From positions 10,199 through 74,198 of the IMG/VR virus record IMGVR_UViG_3300049781_000059: a stretch of 64,000 nt of DNA. One strand, given 5' to 3'. A program made the translations under genes and the position numbers. How positions within the stretch are numbered: the stretch's first letter is position 1; the number at the start of each line of letters is the position of its first letter. The stretch comes from a virus (lineage: Duplodnaviria > Caudoviricetes). Under the pieces are notes generated by a model. The model saw nothing but the letters and a program-made list of their open reading frames with translations. It had not been told where the DNA came from and did no database searches. Below, one piece after another: positions 59,949 through 64,000 of the stretch.

Positions 59949-61316
59949 TCAGTATTCGCGGCCGATGGACTGGAGCCGGCCGTAGTGGCCCTGGAAGGCG
60001 AGGGTCACGATGCGGCCAGAGATGCCGTTGCGGTTCTTCGCGACGATCAAGTCGATCTCGCCGGTACGGTCCGGGGCGCGTTCACTGACGGGCAGGTCCG
60101 GATCGGGGGCCGGTGGCGTGTGCATCAAGACGATGACGTTGGAGTCCTGCTCGATCGCCGACGAGTCCTTGAAGTCGGTGACGAGCGGCGCCCGCCCGAC
60201 AGAGCCGCGGTTGAACTGGGCAAGGGCGACGATGGGAATCTCGAACTCCATCGCCAGGAGCTTCAGACCACGGCTGATCATCGCGACTTCCTGCGCCCGG
60301 TTGGCGTTGCTGCCCGCCCCCTCAGGGCTCATGAGCTGGAGGTAGTCGGCGACGACGATGGCTGCCGGGTTGCTATGGCCGGCCATCCACCGGAGCCGGG
60401 CCCGAATTTTCGAGATGGTGAGGTTCGGCGAGTCGTCGAGGATGAAGTTGCGGGCGTTCTGCATACGGTCGTTGACCTTGATGACCTTGGCCCAGTCGTG
60501 ATCATTGAGCTTGCGGCGGATCAGCCTGTCGAGGTCGACGCTGGCTTCTGCAGCGGTGAGGCGGGCCATGAGCTCGCTGCCGCCCATCTCCATGGAGGCG
60601 ACCAAGGCGGGCCGATTGCGGCGGATCGCAACGTGCGCGGCGAGGTTCATGCCGAACAGGGACTTGCCGCCACCGGTCGCCGCCCCCACGGTGATCAACT
60701 GGCCGGGCTTGAGTTCGACGACCTCGTTCAGGTCGTGCCAGGGAGTGTCGAGGGCGCGCGGGTCCTTACCAGCCTCCAATTCGTCAAGGAAGGTCGCCCA
60801 CCGGTCGCCGACGGACAGCTTCACCTCGAGCGGTGAGGCGCCGGTGGCAGCTCCCTGGAACTCAGCCATGGCGTCGTCGAGGATCTCGGCGGCACTGTCC
60901 TGCTGCACGTAGGCGCGGGCTGCGGCCCGATTGGACGTTTCGATGACGGTTCGCAGGAGGGCTTTGTCGCGGACGATTTCGGCGTACCGCTCGACGTGGG
61001 AAGTGGTGGGCACGGCCTGCACCAGCCGGTGGAGGTAGGTACTGCCGCCGATCCTGTTGAGGTCTCCGGTGCGAGCGAGTTCCTCGCCGACGGTGATGGG
61101 GTCGACCTTGGGGCTTCGGCTGCGGCTGTACACGCTGGTGATCGCGCTGAAGATCGCTTCGTGTGCGGGCCGGTAGAAGGCGGTCGGCTCGACGATGGCA
61201 ATGGCGCGGTCGATGACGTGCTGCGACAAGAGCATGCTGCCGAGGACTGCCTGTTCGGCTTCGAAGTCGTGGGGTGGGGTGCGGTCGAGGTCGTCGGGCT
61301 GGTCGGTGTCATTCAC
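59949..61316 (-). CDS. dnaB: Replicative DNA helicase
   Basis: PPHDFEAEQAVLG, Walker A GAATGGGKS, SMEMG, VADYLQL, LAQFNR, IEQDSN, IVAKNRNG. Confidence 0.95.
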   Translation of the reverse strand: MNDTDQPDDLDRTPPHDFEAEQAVLGSMLLSQHVIDRAIAIVEPTAFYRPAHEAIFSAITSVYSRSRSPKVDPITVGEELARTGDLNRIGGSTYLHRLVQAVPTTSHVERYAEIVRDKALLRTVIETSNRAAARAYVQQDSAAEILDDAMAEFQGAATGASPLEVKLSVGDRWATFLDELEAGKDPRALDTPWHDLNEVVELKPGQLITVGAATGGGKSLFGMNLAAHVAIRRNRPALVASMEMGGSELMARLTAAEASVDLDRLIRRKLNDHDWAKVIKVNDRMQNARNFILDDSPNLTISKIRARLRWMAGHSNPAAIVVADYLQLMSPEGAGSNANRAQEVAMISRGLKLLAMEFEIPIVALAQFNRGSVGRAPLVTDFKDSSAIEQDSNVIVLMHTPPAPDPDLPVSERAPDRTGEIDLIVAKNRNGISGRIVTLAFQGHYGRLQSIGREY

Positions 61317-62299
61317 GCGGCAGTGTCCTTACGGGTCTTGGGGTGGCAGTCGGGACAGGGGTAGAGCGCGCGGAGGCCGTTGTCGTCTTCGTGCTGGCGC
61401 ATGCGGGTGATCTCGTCGCAGTCGGGGTCGCCGCAGTAGGGCGGCTTGTCGTTCGCTCGGCTGCTCTGCTCCGCGGGGCGGGGGCGCCAGGGGGATCCGG
61501 GCGGTGGTGCGTCGTACTCGCGCCAGATGTCGATCAGCAGGGTCCCGAACTTGATCGGGTTGCGCGGGTTCCAGCGAGTGCCGGCAAGGTGGACGAGGTA
61601 CGGGATGCCGTGGCTCTTCATGAGCTGCTGGACGATGACCCATTGGAGGTTGCTCATGCGGGTCCAGCTGACGGCGATGCCCTTGACGCCGAGGGCGTCG
61701 ATGAGGGGCTTGGCCCAGTCGGGCACTCGGGTGCTGCCTGCCTGCGTGCCTACGTAGTTAGAAAGCTTTGGTGGAAGTGTGCTTCCGGTCGTTCCTTCCT
61801 GACCTGCGGTTTCTTGTTGCGGTGATTCGACGGACCGGGTGGAAGTGTGCTTCCGGTCGGTCCGGGTGGAAGTGTGCTTCCGGTCGTTCGGCCCTGACCT
61901 GCGGGTTCGGGACTTTCCGGGGGTGTTACCGGCGGTTGACCGACCGGAAGTGGGCTTCCGCCCGGTCGACCGACCGGAAGTGGGCTTCCAGTCGGTCGAC
62001 TTCAGTTCGCGCCTCTTCTCGCAGGCCAGGTCCCATACGAGGGGTCGCCGGTCCGGCGGGAAGTGGTCGACGAGCGCGGGGTCACCAGCGCGGATCAGGC
62101 CGGCCTTCTCCAGGGCCGTCAGGTCGTTACGGACGGCCCTGTCTGACTTGCGGGCGTACTCGGCGAGCAGCTCCTGGGAGGGGTATGCGCCCCGCCCCTC
62201 CTTGTCGGCATGACGAGCCAGCCCGATCAGGACCGGGATCCAGTGCGGCGACACGTCGGGCGCCGACTCAATCACCCACATCAGGGCCTCTTTACTCAC
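61313..62299 (-). CDS. Replication initiator (N-terminal HTH) containing the origin iterons
   Basis: MSKEALMWV...LIGLARHADKEGRGAYPSQELLAEY; C-terminal CGDPDC...CPDCHP; coupled to dnaB. Confidence 0.82.
   Translation of the reverse strand: MSKEALMWVIESAPDVSPHWIPVLIGLARHADKEGRGAYPSQELLAEYARKSDRAVRNDLTALEKAGLIRAGDPALVDHFPPDRRPLVWDLACEKRRELKSTDWKPTSGRSTGRKPTSGRSTAGNTPGKSRTRRSGPNDRKHTSTRTDRKHTSTRSVESPQQETAGQEGTTGSTLPPKLSNYVGTQAGSTRVPDWAKPLIDALGVKGIAVSWTRMSNLQWVIVQQLMKSHGIPYLVHLAGTRWNPRNPIKFGTLLIDIWREYDAPPPGSPWRPRPAEQSSRANDKPPYCGDPDCDEITRMRQHEDDNGLRALYPCPDCHPKTRKDTAA
61773..61989. repeat. Five palindromic iterons GGAAG-TG(T/G)G-CTTCC (putative origin)
   Basis: Copies at 61773, 61841 and 61868 (TGTG) and at 61946 and 61976 (TGGG); CTGACCTGCGG at 61799 and 61894. 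Confidence 0.8.
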
Positions 62300-62408
62300 G
62301 GAAGTCTCTTCTCAAGGAGGGGTGCCTCTTGGAATTGATCAGCTGTTGTGGGACAGCCCTCATGGGGGCGGGTGGGCCCCAAGATGCGGGGCTTCACCTG
62401 CCCCTGAA

Positions 62409-62452
62409 TTGTACAACCCGGCGGCCTGTACAAGCGAGCGGTTGTGTATCCT
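62409..62452 (+). promoter_or_regulatory. TGTACA operator pair plus -10 of a leaderless promoter
   Basis: TTGTACAA 62409-62416, TGTACA 62427-62432, TATCCT 62447-62452 ending 6 nt before ATG 62459. Confidence 0.65.
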
Positions 62453-62458
62453 GGTCGC

Positions 62459-62758
62459 ATGAGTGAGACCGGGATTCGACAGATGGGCGTCTCGGATGCC
62501 CGCGCGAACATGACCGAGGTCATTGCCGAGGTGCGCCTCCTCGGCCAGCCCGTCGCGCTCACTCGCCGGGACAAGCCGCAGGCCATGCTCATTTCCATGG
62601 ACCGCTGGAAGGCCGCCGTCCTCGACGCCGAGGTCCGCCCCTTCCATGACGACGTCATCCGCCGGCTCAAGACCCTGCTTGAGGACAAGGAGTTCGCCGA
62701 CGTCCTTGAGCGCAAGGACCCGACACTGCGCGAGGTTCTCGACAACGACCTGCTCTGA
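62459..62758 (+). CDS. Phd/YefM-family antitoxin-like regulator (orphan)
   Basis: MGVSDARANMTEVIAEV...VALTRRDKPQAMLIS. Confidence 0.82.
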   Translation: MSETGIRQMGVSDARANMTEVIAEVRLLGQPVALTRRDKPQAMLISMDRWKAAVLDAEVRPFHDDVIRRLKTLLEDKEFADVLERKDPTLREVLDNDLL

Positions 62759-62778
62759 CATCCCCCCCCCTCCTCCGG

Positions 62779-62800
62779 GCCCCGCTTCGGCGGGGCTTTT
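62779..62800 (+). terminator. Rho-independent terminator
   Basis: GCCCCGC-TTCG-GCGGGGC-TTTT. Confidence 0.85.
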
Positions 62801-62860
62801 GTCGTGTGCGGGTGTCTGTGCCACGTGCTGGGTGTGTTTGGTCAGTGGTGGCGGCCGTGG

Positions 62861-63106
62861 TTAGGCGGCGGCTCGGTGGTGGAGGTCGCGGCGTTCTTGT
62901 TCGGTGAGGCCGCCCCAGATGCCGGTGTCTTGGCCGGTGGTGAGGGCCCATTGGAGGCACTGGTCTCTGACGGGGCAGCGGCGGCAGACGGCTTTGGCTT
63001 CGTCGATGACGGTCGCCCAGTAGGGTCCGATGTCGGATTTGGGGAACCACTGGTCGGGGATGTTTTCGCTGGTGCAGGCGGCGCGGTGCCGCCAGTCGCT
63101 GGTCAC
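62861..63106 (-). CDS. whiB: WhiB-family transcription factor
   Basis: GTG 63106; WRHRAAC...WFP...AKAVCRRCPVRDQCLQWAL...GIWGGLTEQER (4 Cys plus GIWGG). Confidence 0.93.
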   Translation of the reverse strand: MTSDWRHRAACTSENIPDQWFPKSDIGPYWATVIDEAKAVCRRCPVRDQCLQWALTTGQDTGIWGGLTEQERRDLHHRAAA

Positions 63107-64000
63107 GCGGCGACCTCCAGCTCCGGCTCTGCGGCGGCCTGCTTCTTCCGGTCGCGTTTCTGGCCGGTGCGCCAGTCCTGGACGATCTGCCGGACGGTGG
63201 AGATGGAGACCTCGCCGTTGAGCCGGTCGACGATCTGCTCGGGCGGGTGGCTGCACCAGGCGAGGTGCTCGATCTCCTCGCGGCGCAACTGTGCGCGCTC
63301 GAAGAAGTTGAGGGCGCGGTCCGCCTCGTCTGGGTCGAAGGTGGGGTCGTTGATGTTGCCCATGTCCTCCCACCACTGCGGATCGCGCCAGCCTTCGCGT
63401 TTGGCCCGCTTGCGTGAGGTGGTAGCCGCGGACTTGCGGCTGGTGATGGGCGGCTGCACGGCGAGCCAGTCGTAGGCGGCTGCGATGCGGTCGGCGGTCA
63501 TTCCGCGGACGTTGAGCGCACCGTTGAGAACGTCGTTGATGACGCTGTGGTCGACATCGGACTCTTCCGCGAGGCCAGTGATCGTGTGGCCGATGGCCAG
63601 CAGTGCCTGGATGCGTCGCCGGGTGCCGGTAGCGTCGACGATGCGTCCGGGCGCCGACCGGTATTTGACGGCGAGGATGCGGTCCGCGACGCTGCGCCGG
63701 ACCTTCTCCTGTCCGTTGAGCAGGCGGGCGATGGTGGAGCTGGAGCAGTGGGCTGCGCGGCAGATGCGCGGCCATCCCATGCCGTCAGCGAGGAGGTTGC
63801 GCAGGTGGTCGGCGATGGGGGCGGCCGGGACGCGGACGGGTTGGCCGGACATGTTGGCGAGGGCGCGGAGTGCGTCGGCCTTCACCTTGGCGTCCCGGCA
63901 GGGCTGGCACTTGCAGCCCGGGATGCCCTGGCTGGGCCGGCCTGTGCCCCGTGCGGAGGTGCCGTGGGGCGGGAGCGGGCTGCGTTGTCCCCGGGTGGGG
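63103..64000 (-). CDS. Multi-HTH DNA-binding protein (5' end off window)
   Basis: The frame is open to the window end; HG...GCKCQPCR, two XRE-like HTHs (GWPRICRAAHCSSSTIARLL; HTITGLAEESDVDHSVINDVL) and a third at the C-terminus. Confidence 0.72.
   Translation of the reverse strand, partial: PTRGQRSPLPPHGTSARGTGRPSQGIPGCKCQPCRDAKVKADALRALANMSGQPVRVPAAPIADHLRNLLADGMGWPRICRAAHCSSSTIARLLNGQEKVRRSVADRILAVKYRSAPGRIVDATGTRRRIQALLAIGHTITGLAEESDVDHSVINDVLNGALNVRGMTADRIAAAYDWLAVQPPITSRKSAATTSRKRAKREGWRDPQWWEDMGNINDPTFDPDEADRALNFFERAQLRREEIEHLAWCSHPPEQIVDRLNGEVSISTVRQIVQDWRTGQKRDRKKQAAAEPELEVAA

Larger units (their letters stand above)
1..64000. mobile_element. Streptomyces-like siphophage prophage or plasmid-phage (partial; both ends lie outside the window)
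   Basis: Contiguous lysis, tail, head, terminase, accessory, FtsK/TraB, replication and WhiB genes. No host housekeeping gene and no integrase recognised. Confidence 0.93.

Noticed and set aside
62760-62860. A toxin gene downstream of the Phd-like antitoxin
   Set aside because: A strong terminator follows within about 20 nt and the convergent whiB gene ends at 62861; no toxin-like ORF fits.
1-64000. Integrase, excisionase, att sites, parAB, transposases
   Set aside because: No tyrosine or serine recombinase, ParA Walker box or DDE motifs were recognised; they may lie outside the window, so integrated versus plasmid state cannot be decided.

Overview
The whole window is one high-GC actinobacterial (Streptomyces-like) temperate siphophage or plasmid-phage, truncated at both ends. 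No integrase, att site, rRNA, CRISPR array or reverse transcriptase is visible. Almost all real genes are on the minus strand, and the long plus-strand ORFs in the track are GC-driven shadows. In coordinate order: lysis cassette (1-2201); tail tip, tape measure, chaperones, neck and major tail (2201-14156); three unusual Cys- or Gly/Thr-rich structural genes (14314-21000); a head module with two capsid-like genes, a MuF-protease polyprotein, portal and terminase (21000-31920); many small accessory genes (32046-39816); a Streptomyces-type conjugation block with FtsK/TraB, Spd-like membrane proteins and a GIY-YIG fusion (39862-45512); a regulatory island with an HTH-Nudix plus Nudix pair (47550-49660); morons, a tRNA-like RNA, RNA ligase and C5 methyltransferase (49715-59142); and DnaB, an iteron-containing initiator, an orphan Phd/YefM antitoxin and WhiB (59949-64000). 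The most striking signals read from the sequence are: (i) a 20-nt element repeated 8 times, 23-29 nt before late-gene starts and usually just after a -10-like hexamer; (ii) a 1349-aa protein built from Cys-rich repeats, each displaying an inserted passenger domain; (iii) a complete virion gene set linked to a TraB conjugation module and a GIY-YIG nuclease with a TraB-like C-terminus; and (iv) a tRNA-like RNA with an expanded core. Family names come from motifs I recognised by eye and from gene order, not from database searches.
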